Shown here in pieces: positions 20,054-30,497 of a DNA stretch of 64,000 nucleotides (its first letter is position 1; the number at the start of each line of letters is the position of its first letter). The DNA comes from a bacterium. GTDB lineage: Bacteria > Electryoneota > Electryoneia > Electryoneales > Electryoneaceae. The notes below the pieces were generated by a model. It had not been told where the DNA came from. It made no database searches and saw only the letters and a program-made list of their open reading frames with translations. Where the stretch lies: contig CAXXKJ010000002.1 of assembly GCA_963675295.2 (NCBI GenBank), positions 1,088,001-1,152,000 on the forward strand, written 5' to 3'. The translations under genes were made by a program, and so were the position numbers.

Positions 20054-22141
20054 ATGAAGACGACATGGATTCTGTTCGTGGTGTTGTTACCGGTGCTGGC
20101 GTTTTCGCAGGTCACGTGGGAAGCGCATGTGCTTGACGGGTCTTTCGGCGGGGCTCGGGGAGTGTTCGCCGCGGATCTCGATCAGGACGGTGACACTGAC
20201 ATTATCGCGGCGGGGGAGGATGCGGACCAGGTTGCGTGGTGGGAGAATCTGGGATCCAATACGTTTTCCGCGAAGCATGTGATCAATGATGAAGCTTATG
20301 GCGCACAGAGCGTGTTTGTGGCCGATCTGGATGATGACGGCGACCTCGATGTCCTCAGCGCGCTGGCAGTTGACAACGAGATTGTGTGGTACGAAAACGA
20401 CGGCACGCAGCAGTTCACGCTGCGGGTGATTGACACATTCTTCAATCACCCGATTGATGCCATTGCCGCCGATCTCGATAGTAACGGTCTGCTCGACGTA
20501 ATGGCGACGGGCGCGATTGCCGATGAAGTGCGTCTTTACAACCAGAGTTCGCCGGGTGTCTTCTCCTTTGTTGCGAATTCCTATGCGGGCCAGGAACCGC
20601 GCCAGATGGACACGGGCGACCTCGACGGCGACGGGGATCTGGATGTCGCGGTTACCGCAGCATTGAGCGATGATCTGTTCTGGTTCGAGAACCAGGGCAA
20701 CAATACATTCGGCGTGCACGGGGTGGATCTCACGCTGAACGGTGCCTACGCGGTCGATGCCGCAGACGTGGACGGTGACGACGACATCGATCTGGCTGCG
20801 GTGGGTGTGCTCGAGGATCGAGTGTATTGGTACGAGAATGATGGGACAGGCGTTTTCAGCTCGCACCTGGTCGACAACGATCTGGACGGTGCAGCCGATG
20901 TAATTGTTGGCGATATTGATAACGATTTTGACATGGATATCGTCGCGGTGTCCGTATTTGACGTGTACTGGTACGAACAGATCGACGGCGAGTTCACCAA
21001 GCACCTGGTCGATGCGACGTTTGACGGCGGTCGTGGGGTGTACCTGGCCGATGTCGATGGCGACAACGATCTGGACATTGTTGGCGGCGCAGAGCATGCC
21101 GACGATGTGATCTGGTGGGAGCAGGAAGGCACGCCGCCGGTTGCGTTTCAACTGTTTTCACCGAACGGTGGCGAACACTGGCTGCGGGGCGCGATGCGTG
21201 AGATCCTGTGGGGCAGCACAACACCGGATGTCCCGATCGACATCACCTTGTATGAGGGGATGACACAGGTTCTCGAGATCGCGACAGCGACCGAGAATGA
21301 TGGATCATTCCTCTGGTCCATCCCGGATGATCTGCCGTTGGGCGACGAATACCGGGTGGCCATCGAATTGACCATTGGCGGTGAATACGACGAGAGTGAC
21401 GCCGATTTTTCGGTAGAGTCTGCGCCTGTATTGACGGTGACCGTCTTCGATCCACCGGTCAACATTCAGCCGGGCGGCGGCGGATTCTGGTACTGGATTA
21501 CCGTCGAAAACCTCGCCTCGATTCCGCTTGCTGGCCAGATCTGGACGGAAGCGATCACGCCCGGCGGGAATCACTTCGGCCCGCTGCGTAACTTCCCGAA
21601 GACTATTGAAGCGAACGAAACCTGGGCTTCTGACTTCCCCTACGGCCAGTGGGTCCCGGCGAACGCTCCGGCGGGTGACTACGAGTACGTGGTTCACTTC
21701 GACGCCCCGGGCGAAGGATTCGAGACCAGCCAGGCGTTCGATTTCACCAAGCTAGTCAGTGGAAGTGTTTCCAGTGTTCCGTTGAGCTTGTGGAACATCG
21801 CGGACTGGCACGCACTTGACGGCAACCCTTCGGCAGATGAGGGCGTAGCGGCCGGAACCGGTCCCGAGCTGCCGCAGGAGTATACGCTCGCGCCGGTGTA
21901 TCCGAATCCGTTCAACGCGATGGCATCAGTCAGTGTCGCCCTGCCTGAGGCGGGCGAGTTGACGGTGGCGGTATTCAATGCCGCTGGGCAGCAGGTACTG
22001 ACGCTGCAAGAGGGCTACGTTCAGGCCGGGACACACAACTACAGCCTCGACATGGCACAGTTCGCAAGCGGTCTGTACTTCGTGCGGGCGACGGTTCCGG
22101 GGAAGTTGCACGAGGTTCGCAAGGCGATGCTTGTTCGGTAG
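20054..22141 (+). CDS. Secreted FG-GAP repeat protein with a SPNGGE (Kre9-like Ig) domain, pre-CTD module and T9SS-like CTD
   Basis: ADLD.DGD.D...W.EN repeats; SPNGGE.W..G...I.W; YPNPFN...FASGLYFV...RKAMLVR. Confidence 0.85.
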   Translation: MKTTWILFVVLLPVLAFSQVTWEAHVLDGSFGGARGVFAADLDQDGDTDIIAAGEDADQVAWWENLGSNTFSAKHVINDEAYGAQSVFVADLDDDGDLDVLSALAVDNEIVWYENDGTQQFTLRVIDTFFNHPIDAIAADLDSNGLLDVMATGAIADEVRLYNQSSPGVFSFVANSYAGQEPRQMDTGDLDGDGDLDVAVTAALSDDLFWFENQGNNTFGVHGVDLTLNGAYAVDAADVDGDDDIDLAAVGVLEDRVYWYENDGTGVFSSHLVDNDLDGAADVIVGDIDNDFDMDIVAVSVFDVYWYEQIDGEFTKHLVDATFDGGRGVYLADVDGDNDLDIVGGAEHADDVIWWEQEGTPPVAFQLFSPNGGEHWLRGAMREILWGSTTPDVPIDITLYEGMTQVLEIATATENDGSFLWSIPDDLPLGDEYRVAIELTIGGEYDESDADFSVESAPVLTVTVFDPPVNIQPGGGGFWYWITVENLASIPLAGQIWTEAITPGGNHFGPLRNFPKTIEANETWASDFPYGQWVPANAPAGDYEYVVHFDAPGEGFETSQAFDFTKLVSGSVSSVPLSLWNIADWHALDGNPSADEGVAAGTGPELPQEYTLAPVYPNPFNAMASVSVALPEAGELTVAVFNAAGQQVLTLQEGYVQAGTHNYSLDMAQFASGLYFVRATVPGKLHEVRKAMLVR

Positions 22142-22328
22142 CAAATTCAGAAATACGCGCACCAGTGTTCACAGCATTGTTCCAGACATGGGAGCAATGC
22201 TGTTTTTTTGTGCATTTCCGTTTCTGCTCTTGGGTCGTTTTTAACGATTTCAATGGATTAGTTTGCTTTGATGACAGGATCGCGAAAAACTGTAACTGTC
22301 AGCTATAACAAGAGTTTGAGAGACGGTG

Positions 22329-22369
22329 TTGAAATTATAATTGACATTTTTATAATCGCCGTATAAGTT
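22329..22369 (+). promoter_or_regulatory. Putative sigma70 promoter(s) for the MCP gene
   Basis: TTGAAA-16-TATAAT overlapping TTGACA-17-TAAGTT. Confidence 0.4.
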
Positions 22370-22465
22370 GCATATGAATTGGTTCACCAGATCTGTATTG
22401 TTTCTGGGGCCTGCCAGCAGAAGGAGTGTCAATACAGACAAGTGCCAACGTACACCGGAGCAATC

Positions 22466-24571
22466 ATGTTCAAAAAAGCGAAGATGTTGACGGTGATCAT
22501 CGTCGGATCATCCATCCTGTTGTCCATCAACCTCCTCCAGGCATGGTTGGTCACTCGTGCGACAGCGGCCGGTGAGATGGCAAGTACCTCGGTTGTGTGG
22601 ACCATGACCGGGATAACACTGATGCTGATTCTCGGATTGCTGATGTACGTGGTGCATGTCGTGTTGAAGCCGATGGGATCGCTCAGCCGGTTTGCCCGTG
22701 CAGTGGCGAAAGGTGAAAATGTTACCTACTCCAGCGCGGTCTGCTGCAGTGAGTTCGACCAGGTGACGCAAAGCCTTTTGTTTATGGCAGAACGGTATCA
22801 GCGGAATGTGAAGACGGCTTGCCGGATGGCGCGTGGTGAACTGACGGCAGACGATTTGAAGCAAGTTTATGACAATGACCCCCTCGGAGCGGCCCATTCG
22901 GAGATCCGGGAGATGATTCACACGTTGGCGACGGAGCTCACGAATCTCGCAACCGCCGCCGTTCATGGGCATCTGGATCGCCGGGCTGAGGCCGGATCGT
23001 TGCAAGGCAAATACGCGGAGATTGTGAACGGCTGCAATCAGGTCATGGACACGTTGGTTGGGCACCTTGACTCCGTACCCGCGCCGGTGATGATTGTCGA
23101 TACCGAGTTCAACGTGCTGTACATCAACGAGGCGGGCGCGAAGGTGAACGCCGCTACGCCGAAGGAGATGCGGGGCAATAAGTGCCACGATTTCTTCAAC
23201 ACCGGCGATTGCCAGACCGAGAATTGTGCCTGCCGCCGGGCGATGATTGACAAGCGGGAATCGTCCAGCAGCACCCATGCCCACCCGAACGGGATGGATT
23301 TGTGGATTAATTACACCGGGACGCCGTTCCGGGATGCCAGCGGCAAGGTGATCGGCGCGCTCGAAGTGGTGTCGGATCAAACCGCTGTGGTGAAAGCGCA
23401 GAAAGTTGCGGAGAAGCGGTCGGCGTTCCAGACGGCTGAGGTTGAGAAGCTGTCGCATGCGTTGCAGCAGATGGCTCAGGGCGACCTGACGGCGACGTAC
23501 TCGGTGGCAGCCGCGGACGATGACACCGAGGAGATCCAGGGAGCGTTTGAGGAGGTCGGGGACGCGTTCGGTGAGGCGTTGGCCAGCCTGAACGAGCTGC
23601 TGAGCCAGGTCGCGATGGCGGTGGAGCAGGTGTCGAGCGGATCGCAGCAGGTCAGTAGCGCCAGCCAGTCGTTGTCGCAGGGTGCTACGGAGCAGGCGAG
23701 TTCGCTGGAAGAGGTGTCCTCCTCGATGGAGGAAATCGGCGCACAGACAACGCAGAACGCGGAGAACGCCGGCGAGGTGAGCAGCTTGTCGTCCGGGTTG
23801 GGTACGGCCGCTGCGACCGGTCAGGAGAAGATGACGAACATGCTCGAGGCGATGGCGAGTATCGGCGAAGCCTCAACGCAGGTTGAACGGATCATTAAGG
23901 TGATCGATGAGATCGCGTTCCAGACGAATTTGCTGGCGTTGAACGCAGCGGTCGAAGCGGCACGCGCGGGAGTGCATGGCAAGGGTTTCGCGGTGGTCGC
24001 GGAAGAGGTGCGCAACCTCGCCCAGCGCAGTGCAACCGCGGCAAAGGAAACCACCGAGCTGATCGGTGGATCCGGCCAGCGTACGGAGAACGGACGCCGG
24101 ATCGCGGAGGAAACCGCGGCGTCGTTGAACGAGATCGTGGAGAATATCGGCAAGGTGAACAGCCTCGTTGACGAGATCGCCAGCGCGTCTAGGGAGCAGG
24201 CGAACGGGGTCAACGAAGTCAACCAGGCGATCAAACAGATTGACGATGTCACCCAGACCACAGCGGCGAACGCTGAGGAGAGCGCGGCGGCGTCCGAGGA
24301 GCTGTCCGGGCAGGCGACGCAGTTGTCCGATCTGCTGCAACGGTTCACACTGGCCGACTCAGCCCTGCAGTCCCGTCGTGCCGCCCGGGCTGGGTCGGTT
24401 GGCAACGGTCACGGGAACGGCTGGTCGAGCGGAAACGGGTTCAAGCAGCGGAACGGAAATGGGAAGGCGTCTAACGGCAACGGACGCCACCCGGAATCCG
24501 CCGGTGAATCTCGCCTTCCCGAGGACATCATCCTGCTGGACGACGATGATTCGGGATTCGAAGGGTTCTAG
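22466..24571 (+). CDS. Methyl-accepting chemotaxis protein (TM-HAMP-PAS-HAMP-MA)
   Basis: [35 protein letters not shown]; PAS PVMIVD.EFN.LYIN.AG; start ATG 22466 with RBS ggag. Confidence 0.92.
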   Translation: MFKKAKMLTVIIVGSSILLSINLLQAWLVTRATAAGEMASTSVVWTMTGITLMLILGLLMYVVHVVLKPMGSLSRFARAVAKGENVTYSSAVCCSEFDQVTQSLLFMAERYQRNVKTACRMARGELTADDLKQVYDNDPLGAAHSEIREMIHTLATELTNLATAAVHGHLDRRAEAGSLQGKYAEIVNGCNQVMDTLVGHLDSVPAPVMIVDTEFNVLYINEAGAKVNAATPKEMRGNKCHDFFNTGDCQTENCACRRAMIDKRESSSSTHAHPNGMDLWINYTGTPFRDASGKVIGALEVVSDQTAVVKAQKVAEKRSAFQTAEVEKLSHALQQMAQGDLTATYSVAAADDDTEEIQGAFEEVGDAFGEALASLNELLSQVAMAVEQVSSGSQQVSSASQSLSQGATEQASSLEEVSSSMEEIGAQTTQNAENAGEVSSLSSGLGTAAATGQEKMTNMLEAMASIGEASTQVERIIKVIDEIAFQTNLLALNAAVEAARAGVHGKGFAVVAEEVRNLAQRSATAAKETTELIGGSGQRTENGRRIAEETAASLNEIVENIGKVNSLVDEIASASREQANGVNEVNQAIKQIDDVTQTTAANAEESAAASEELSGQATQLSDLLQRFTLADSALQSRRAARAGSVGNGHGNGWSSGNGFKQRNGNGKASNGNGRHPESAGESRLPEDIILLDDDDSGFEGF

Positions 24572-24650
24572 CGGAGAAGTACGGACAGCAGTTCTGATCC
24601 TGCATGCAACACGATGGTAGCCCCCATTCCCCCTTGATGGGGACCGCGCG

Positions 24651-24682
24651 AACCTGCCACGGACGTGAGTCCGTGGCAGGTT
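24651..24682. repeat. TGCCACGGAC hairpin (REP-like or terminator)
   Basis: aacctgccacggac-gtga-gtccgtggcaggtt; same stem as 5371-5396 and 3861-3894. Confidence 0.6.
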
Positions 24683-24804
24683 GTCTCTGGCTGGACCTTA
24701 GCTCGGGAATCGTCGCAACGTTAAAACGTTTTGCACTCACTGATTTGGTTGCCAGCGAACCGCTCGCTATTTTTAGCGATTATTCGAACCAAAGGGGATA
24801 GAAA

Positions 24805-25050
24805 ATGAAAATGACCCGCTGCCTGTTGCTCCTGCTCAGTACCCTCCTGACCGTGTCATCCGTTTTCGCGGAGGCGCCCTATTTCGAGTCCAACCGGATT
24901 GTGGATGATATCTGGGTGCTCAACCTGGTGCCGGCAGACATGGATGGCGATGGCGACGGTGAGCATAGCGTTGTCGGCGGGCTGTACTTCGTGCGGGCGA
25001 CGGTTCCGAGGAAGATGCACGAGGTTCGCAAGGCAATGCTTGTGCGCTAA
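24805..25050 (+). pseudogene. Internally deleted FG-GAP/T9SS-CTD gene remnant
   Basis: Signal peptide and one ADMDGDGD motif fused directly to GLYFVRATVPRKMHEVRKAMLVR; last 72 nt have 7 mismatches to 22070-22141. Confidence 0.75.
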
Positions 25051-25145
25051 GCTGCATGGTGAGGATGCGGATGCCAGACTGTACTGCCAAACACAGGCAG
25101 CTACTTTGGAGAAGTGATGATCAATGTTCGGTATTGAACACTTGA

Positions 25146-25751
25146 TTACTTCTTTGAATACTTGGAAAGCAGATCGATTTCACCGGGTCTTTTTTCCTTG
25201 ATGCCTTGCTCGCCTTTTTTCCAGTTAGCGGGACAAATTTCACCGTGTTCATCGTGAAAACGCAATGCATCCAAGGTGCGCAATGCTTCATCTACACTGC
25301 GACCTAAAGGTTGATCGTTGACTAGTGCGTGGCGTATGATCCCCTCTCGATCAATCAGAAACAGTCCACGTAGGGCGACTTCCTCGTCGAAAAGGATTCC
25401 GTAAGATCGAGAGATCTCCCTGGACATGTCTGAAAGTAACGGGAACTGGATATTTCCGATTCCACCTTCATCAACAGGGGTTCGCCGCCATGCGGCATGT
25501 GTGTGTGGTGAATCAACTGAAATGCCAAGCACAATACAGTCTCTCTGCTTGAAATCATTCAGCTTTCTATCGAACGCAAGAATTTCGGTAGGGCATACGA
25601 ATGTGAAATCAAGTGGATAGAAGAGCAAGAAGACATAGTGTCCCCGGAGTGAATCCAAGTCGAGTTTCTCCTGAAACTTGCCATCTGGCAGTACAGCCTT
25701 CGCTGCAAATGAAGGAGCTTTTCTCGTAACCAGAAATGACACGGATGTCAC
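25146..25751 (-). CDS. ahpC: 2-Cys peroxiredoxin (AhpC/TSA)
   Basis: FYPLDFTFVCPTE, GRSVDEALR, GEICPANW. Confidence 0.93.
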   Translation of the reverse strand: MTSVSFLVTRKAPSFAAKAVLPDGKFQEKLDLDSLRGHYVFLLFYPLDFTFVCPTEILAFDRKLNDFKQRDCIVLGISVDSPHTHAAWRRTPVDEGGIGNIQFPLLSDMSREISRSYGILFDEEVALRGLFLIDREGIIRHALVNDQPLGRSVDEALRTLDALRFHDEHGEICPANWKKGEQGIKEKRPGEIDLLSKYSKK

Positions 25752-25813
25752 CTCACTCTTCTACCGCGGGACTGAACATGAAACAAGGTTTACCGATCAA
25801 TGAAGTCGTCCAT

Positions 25814-25993
25814 CTAGTCGTTCTGGGGATTCTGAGATTCATCCACGCAGATCTTTTTCAGATCGCTTTCACTGGGATTCTCAGTTCCCAGTCGCTTGAA
25901 TGCAGGCAAAGGACATAGATAACTCGTACCCGAATCAGCTTTTACCCACTTCACGCCGATTTCCCTCTTGAATTCCTGGAGTTCGTCAGCCAT
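25814..25993 (-). CDS. Small two-Cys hypothetical protein (59 aa)
   Basis: ATG 25993 overlaps the thioredoxin 3' end; MADELQEFKREIGVKWVKADSGTSYLCP...ICVDESQNPQND. Confidence 0.6.
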   Translation of the reverse strand: MADELQEFKREIGVKWVKADSGTSYLCPLPAFKRLGTENPSESDLKKICVDESQNPQND

Positions 25994-26372
25994 TCTTTTT
26001 CCTTTCTTTCTGGGTTGCACGTTGCGATGATTCGAGATCTGTTCGAACCATCTCCATATCAATGGATTCCGCTTGATCTACAATACTTTGCAGGTCGTTT
26101 TCACTAAAATTACCAGGTTTGCGAAATAATAATAATCCGTCACGGTACAGCATGATACTAGGAGTATACTCAATTTCGAAGAACTCACCCAGTTTTTCAT
26201 CGGTAAGAACGTTCATACGAGTAAAAATATGCTTCTTGTTTCTATCTGCTACTTTTTTATACACAGGATCGAATTGAGCACAGACTCTACAGCCAGGTGA
26301 CCAGCACTCAATCAGGACAATGGCTTTCTGGTTAACTATTTTCTTAAAGTTTGTTCTGGTTAATTCAATCAT
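25986..26372 (-). CDS. Thioredoxin-family protein (CRVC active site)
   Basis: IELTRTNF...VLIECWSPGCRVC..F.P.Y...F.IEYTPS; start likely ATG 26372. Confidence 0.85.
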   Translation of the reverse strand: MIELTRTNFKKIVNQKAIVLIECWSPGCRVCAQFDPVYKKVADRNKKHIFTRMNVLTDEKLGEFFEIEYTPSIMLYRDGLLLFRKPGNFSENDLQSIVDQAESIDMEMVRTDLESSQRATQKERKKNG

Positions 26373-26891
26373 TCGAGTATCAACCCCGTTTGTTCTAAAC
26401 ATAACATCGTACTCTTTTTTCAACTAAAATACAATAAAAATACTTAAATAAGGCGTAGTGCCTTACAAAGGATCTTTTCAGCCCTCTTTACATCTCAAAG
26501 TAATATCAACAGTTACAAAGGACATTGGCTCGTCAGTCTTGAGGTGGAATTTCCAATGGTAACATGAACTGACTCAATATAGCAGAGACGGATTCGTAGA
26601 AAAAGAGGTCAATTTCAAGAATATACTCCACGTGAGATCCAAAACTCATTCGACTTATATTCAGGAGCAATAATGGCTTTTTTTGCACTTAAACTTAAGG
26701 ATATCAATAAATTACCTTGTAGTTTGGAATCGGCAATACAATAATGTCGACTACAGAATATAGTTACAATACTAAAACGGCATATTTCTACTTAATTATC
26801 TTTGCCAAAAATCAACAATTTCAATCCGATATAAACCATTGGTATTCATCTTCAACTTGATTTGTGAAGAGATGTTGGCATTATGTACAAA

Positions 26892-29800
26892 TTATAAAAA
26901 CGCGCTGATTTCCATCCGTCCAACGTGGATCGGTTCGCGGCCTTGGTCGAGGCGGACGGAATAGGTCGCGCGTCCGGTGAGGTGGTCGCCGAGCTGGTAT
27001 TCGGCGCGCAGGTTGCCGCGTCCGTTGCGGCCGGCGGGGCGTCCGTTCGCCAGCTCGTACGGGATCACCGCCAGGTTCGATTCCACCCACAGCGCCTCGA
27101 AATCGCCGGAGATCCGCCCTCGTTCCCGCACGGCGTAGACCACGCCCGGCGTCAGTGACAGTCCGGAAACATCCTCACCCGCCGCGATGTCATGGTCGAG
27201 CAGCCCACCCAGCCGCAATGTCAGCCGCCACGTTGAGTTCGGCCGCCAGCCGAACTGGTTGCTGAGCCGTAGCAGCCGGAAACGGTCGGTAGAGTTTCGA
27301 CGGGCGAGTTGTTTCGTCAGGCGTTCGTAGCTGGCTTCGGTCTCGAGGTCGAACGTGCGGGACAGCGGCATCCGTCCGAGGGCGCTGAGTTCGTCACGTC
27401 CGTACCGTTCCGCTCCGGTCAGGTACAGATTCGCGAGGCGTTTTTCAGCGAGGTACCGGAAGCGCAGGTTACCGTTTCGGGACGATCGGAACAAGTACAC
27501 GTCCTGCCGTAGCGTGAGCCGCCCCTCGACGGTCGAATCGCTCTGGAACGCGCTCAGGTTGAGCAGGTAGATGTCCGCCGGGTTGGGCCAACTGCTGATT
27601 TCCTGCACCTCGAGTTGCGTCACCAGCGAAATGTCTTCCCAGCCGAACCCGTCCTGCCGTCCGACGCCCCCGGGCAGACGGTGCGGCGACCAGTCGAAAT
27701 TGAGCGCCGCCGCGAGGTCGGTGGTCGGCAGGGCGTCGCCGGTGGGTTCGGGCCGGAGGATGATATCGCCGACCTCGGGGTCATAGACGTATTCGTCATC
27801 GACGCGGATGTAATCGCCCTGGCCGGCGGGGACGCTGTACGCGATCAATGCGTTGGGACGGCTGACCGTGCGGCTGAGCTGGTAGTTGAGGTCGCTGGTG
27901 ATCGCCCCGGCGAGCGGAGCGTAGCCCGCGCTTAGCGCCGCGAGGTCGGTGGTGACATCGGCGCTGTCGGCGATGGAGAAGCGTTTTTCGTTGTGGCTGA
28001 ATTCGAGTTGGCTGCGCCACGAGGACGTGGCGGGCCGCCAGTTCCAGATCGCGCCGTAGCCGGAGCTGCGGTAGACTTCGTCGAACCGGTCGGCGGCGGC
28101 TTGCGTGTCACGCCGGCGCTGCTGCACGAAAATCGAGCCGGAGTGTCCGTTGGACTCGAGTAGGCCGAGGGTTGGTCGCACGCGCCAGTAGCGGTGGCCG
28201 ATGTAGATCAGCGAATCGCCGAGGAACGCGTCGTCGCGGTTCTCTTCATACTCGCCGTCAATGCCTGGCGCGACAAGCTCGGCGACACGGTAGACGGCGT
28301 TTCCCCGTGCGCGGGTGATTTCTCCGGATGACACGGCCTGACCGGATGTTTGGGTGCCGGACTCGCTCCACGGGTTGTCGAGGATGCGTTCGACGAACGC
28401 GTTGGCATCGGCAACACGGGATGCCCACGACGCGGACGCGTCCCCACGCAGGCGCTTGTCGCTTTGTTCGAGGTAGGCCGCGCCGGAGCTGACAGTCAGC
28501 TCACGCATCGGGCGGGCGTCGAGGCGGAGTTCGGTCTCGAGCTGATCGTCGGCGTTGTCGGTAGAATCCAGTCCCCAGCGGCGGTTGTATTCGACATCCT
28601 GCGTGCGGCCGAACGGCTGGTACTCGGCGGGTTCGTTACGGACCCGCGCGGTGATCTCCAGCGGCGCGGCGGGCAGGCGATCGCCGCCCTTGCCAAACGG
28701 TGTCGCGCTGAGCCGGACATTCTGTGCGAAACCGGTGTTGTCGTTGTCGTCGCGGGAGGAGAAGGTGTTGGCGTCCACGTCGGACAGGCCGAGGTCGGCG
28801 TGCAACGTGATGTTCTCGTGCTCACCGGCGATCAACGAGAAGGCGGCGTTGCGGCGGCGTTCGGGCAGTGGCAGCGACCGTTTCGCGGCGTACGATCCGT
28901 TCCCCGGTCCAACCCAATTGTATTTGTAGAGGCCGAGCACGGCGTCATACTCGCGCTCGTAGTCGCCGGACCCGCTGCCGACATCGCTGAACGGCACCCG
29001 CCAGTTGCCCTGTGGGTCGCCGTTGTCGTCCGGTTCGACGAAAACGAAGATGTCGTAGGTCTGGTTGTCGGTCCACGTCGTGTCGCGGCGAACGTAATCG
29101 GCCTCACCGTACTCGACCTCCTCGGCGGTGGGCACGAGGATGCGGCCAGTTTGATCGCCGGCGGCCGCCAGCTGGTCGCGGATGCCCGAGGTCATGTCGA
29201 AACCATACGGCCGTTCGCCGTCGTCGCCCTCCTGCGCGAGCATGAAGCTGGCGCGGAAGCGTTCTGCGGGATCACGCCACGTTACCTCACCAGCGTACAG
29301 GTTGCGCGGGTAAGCTTCCGGGCTGTACTCGAAATCGACCTCGATGCGGGACTCGGAGGTAATCGGGCGGCTGGGGGTGAAGGTGATTTCGCCACGCGAG
29401 TAGTCGATCGTGTAGTCGGCGGCGGCACCGCGTTGCATCTGGACGCCGTCCACCCAGACCGTTTCCGACCCGCCGACGACGAGGAAGTCCTGTTCGCCGT
29501 CGCGTCCGACCAGGCGATACGGGCCCTGGATGCCGTCTACGCCGTTAAAGGTGTAGGTATGGAAGACAGCGCGCGTCACCGCTCCGGCGGCGGTGACGGA
29601 TATGTCCGGGCCGTCATAGGACGCGCGTCCACCCTCGAGCCGGCGGTCGATCTCGCCGTAGCGTCCCGCGCCGGTTTCGAGATGGTAATCGCCGAACCGG
29701 CCTTCGGTGCGTCCCGCCTGGATTTCAACGTATACCTGGTCGATCTCATCGAGACGGCGGCTGGTGCCTTCCGGCGCGATCGGCAGGTTGCGGTCGTCGA

Positions 29801-30497
29801 GCAGTGCGTTGACCTCGATGTCCTGCGCCAGCCGTCCCTCGAGCGCCAGCCGGAGGCCGGATTCGAGGCTGACGTCACGCCCAGTCCCCACCTGCACGCC
29901 ACGTGTGATGTGGCCGGACCGTCTCAACGAGGACGCGAACCCGCGTTCCGGCTGCGCGAACGGGTCCCGTTGTGGCAGAGAGACCACCTCCTGCCCGGCG
30001 AGCAACGAATCGACGACGGCGATCGGCAACGGTTGCTGCAGCTGCACCGGCGCGGGCGGTGTCAGCGGCAGGTAGCGGTAGGTGACGATCAGCGTATCTG
30101 CGTCACTGGCCGCCAGTTTCAGGACAGCCGATCCGGGATCGAATTCGTAGTCGTTAACCGGAATGCCGCCAAGCGTGGTGATGGACAGAGTGGCTGGATC
30201 GATGAACCGGTCGGGCAGGTGCACGACGCCGTTGCTGTCAGCGATGACCATCCCGTGGAACAGGCCTGGTGTGACGGTGCTATCCGGGGACACTTTCTCC
30301 GAAAGTGTCCCCGGATAGTACGGTTCTTCTTGTGTCTCGTGTGTCTGCGCAACAGCGATACCCAGGTTGCCAGACAACCCTGGCCACCCACCAGATCCTT
30401 CACACGGTGAAGCTGTGTTCAGGATGACAGCCATCCACGCCACGAGGGCCGGGACGTGAACAAACACGCGCCGCCGTTGTCCACCGAATCGCCTCAC
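26892..30497 (-). CDS. Large outer-membrane beta-barrel protein, probably a conserved FCB-group hypothetical
   Basis: SGHITRGVQVG...LRLALEG.L...D.NLPI.PEG...L.E.D.VY; GSETVWVDG...RG...DYTIDYS.GEITF; alternating beta-strands; terminal ISAFL; GTGA overlap with the upstream gene. Confidence 0.75.
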   Translation of the reverse strand: MRRFGGQRRRVFVHVPALVAWMAVILNTASPCEGSGGWPGLSGNLGIAVAQTHETQEEPYYPGTLSEKVSPDSTVTPGLFHGMVIADSNGVVHLPDRFIDPATLSITTLGGIPVNDYEFDPGSAVLKLAASDADTLIVTYRYLPLTPPAPVQLQQPLPIAVVDSLLAGQEVVSLPQRDPFAQPERGFASSLRRSGHITRGVQVGTGRDVSLESGLRLALEGRLAQDIEVNALLDDRNLPIAPEGTSRRLDEIDQVYVEIQAGRTEGRFGDYHLETGAGRYGEIDRRLEGGRASYDGPDISVTAAGAVTRAVFHTYTFNGVDGIQGPYRLVGRDGEQDFLVVGGSETVWVDGVQMQRGAAADYTIDYSRGEITFTPSRPITSESRIEVDFEYSPEAYPRNLYAGEVTWRDPAERFRASFMLAQEGDDGERPYGFDMTSGIRDQLAAAGDQTGRILVPTAEEVEYGEADYVRRDTTWTDNQTYDIFVFVEPDDNGDPQGNWRVPFSDVGSGSGDYEREYDAVLGLYKYNWVGPGNGSYAAKRSLPLPERRRNAAFSLIAGEHENITLHADLGLSDVDANTFSSRDDNDNTGFAQNVRLSATPFGKGGDRLPAAPLEITARVRNEPAEYQPFGRTQDVEYNRRWGLDSTDNADDQLETELRLDARPMRELTVSSGAAYLEQSDKRLRGDASASWASRVADANAFVERILDNPWSESGTQTSGQAVSSGEITRARGNAVYRVAELVAPGIDGEYEENRDDAFLGDSLIYIGHRYWRVRPTLGLLESNGHSGSIFVQQRRRDTQAAADRFDEVYRSSGYGAIWNWRPATSSWRSQLEFSHNEKRFSIADSADVTTDLAALSAGYAPLAGAITSDLNYQLSRTVSRPNALIAYSVPAGQGDYIRVDDEYVYDPEVGDIILRPEPTGDALPTTDLAAALNFDWSPHRLPGGVGRQDGFGWEDISLVTQLEVQEISSWPNPADIYLLNLSAFQSDSTVEGRLTLRQDVYLFRSSRNGNLRFRYLAEKRLANLYLTGAERYGRDELSALGRMPLSRTFDLETEASYERLTKQLARRNSTDRFRLLRLSNQFGWRPNSTWRLTLRLGGLLDHDIAAGEDVSGLSLTPGVVYAVRERGRISGDFEALWVESNLAVIPYELANGRPAGRNGRGNLRAEYQLGDHLTGRATYSVRLDQGREPIHVGRMEISAFL

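Noticed and set aside
28350-30410. 686-aa plus-strand ORF
   Set aside because: Antisense shadow of the 1201-aa outer-membrane protein, typical of GC-rich DNA, with no recognisable motifs.
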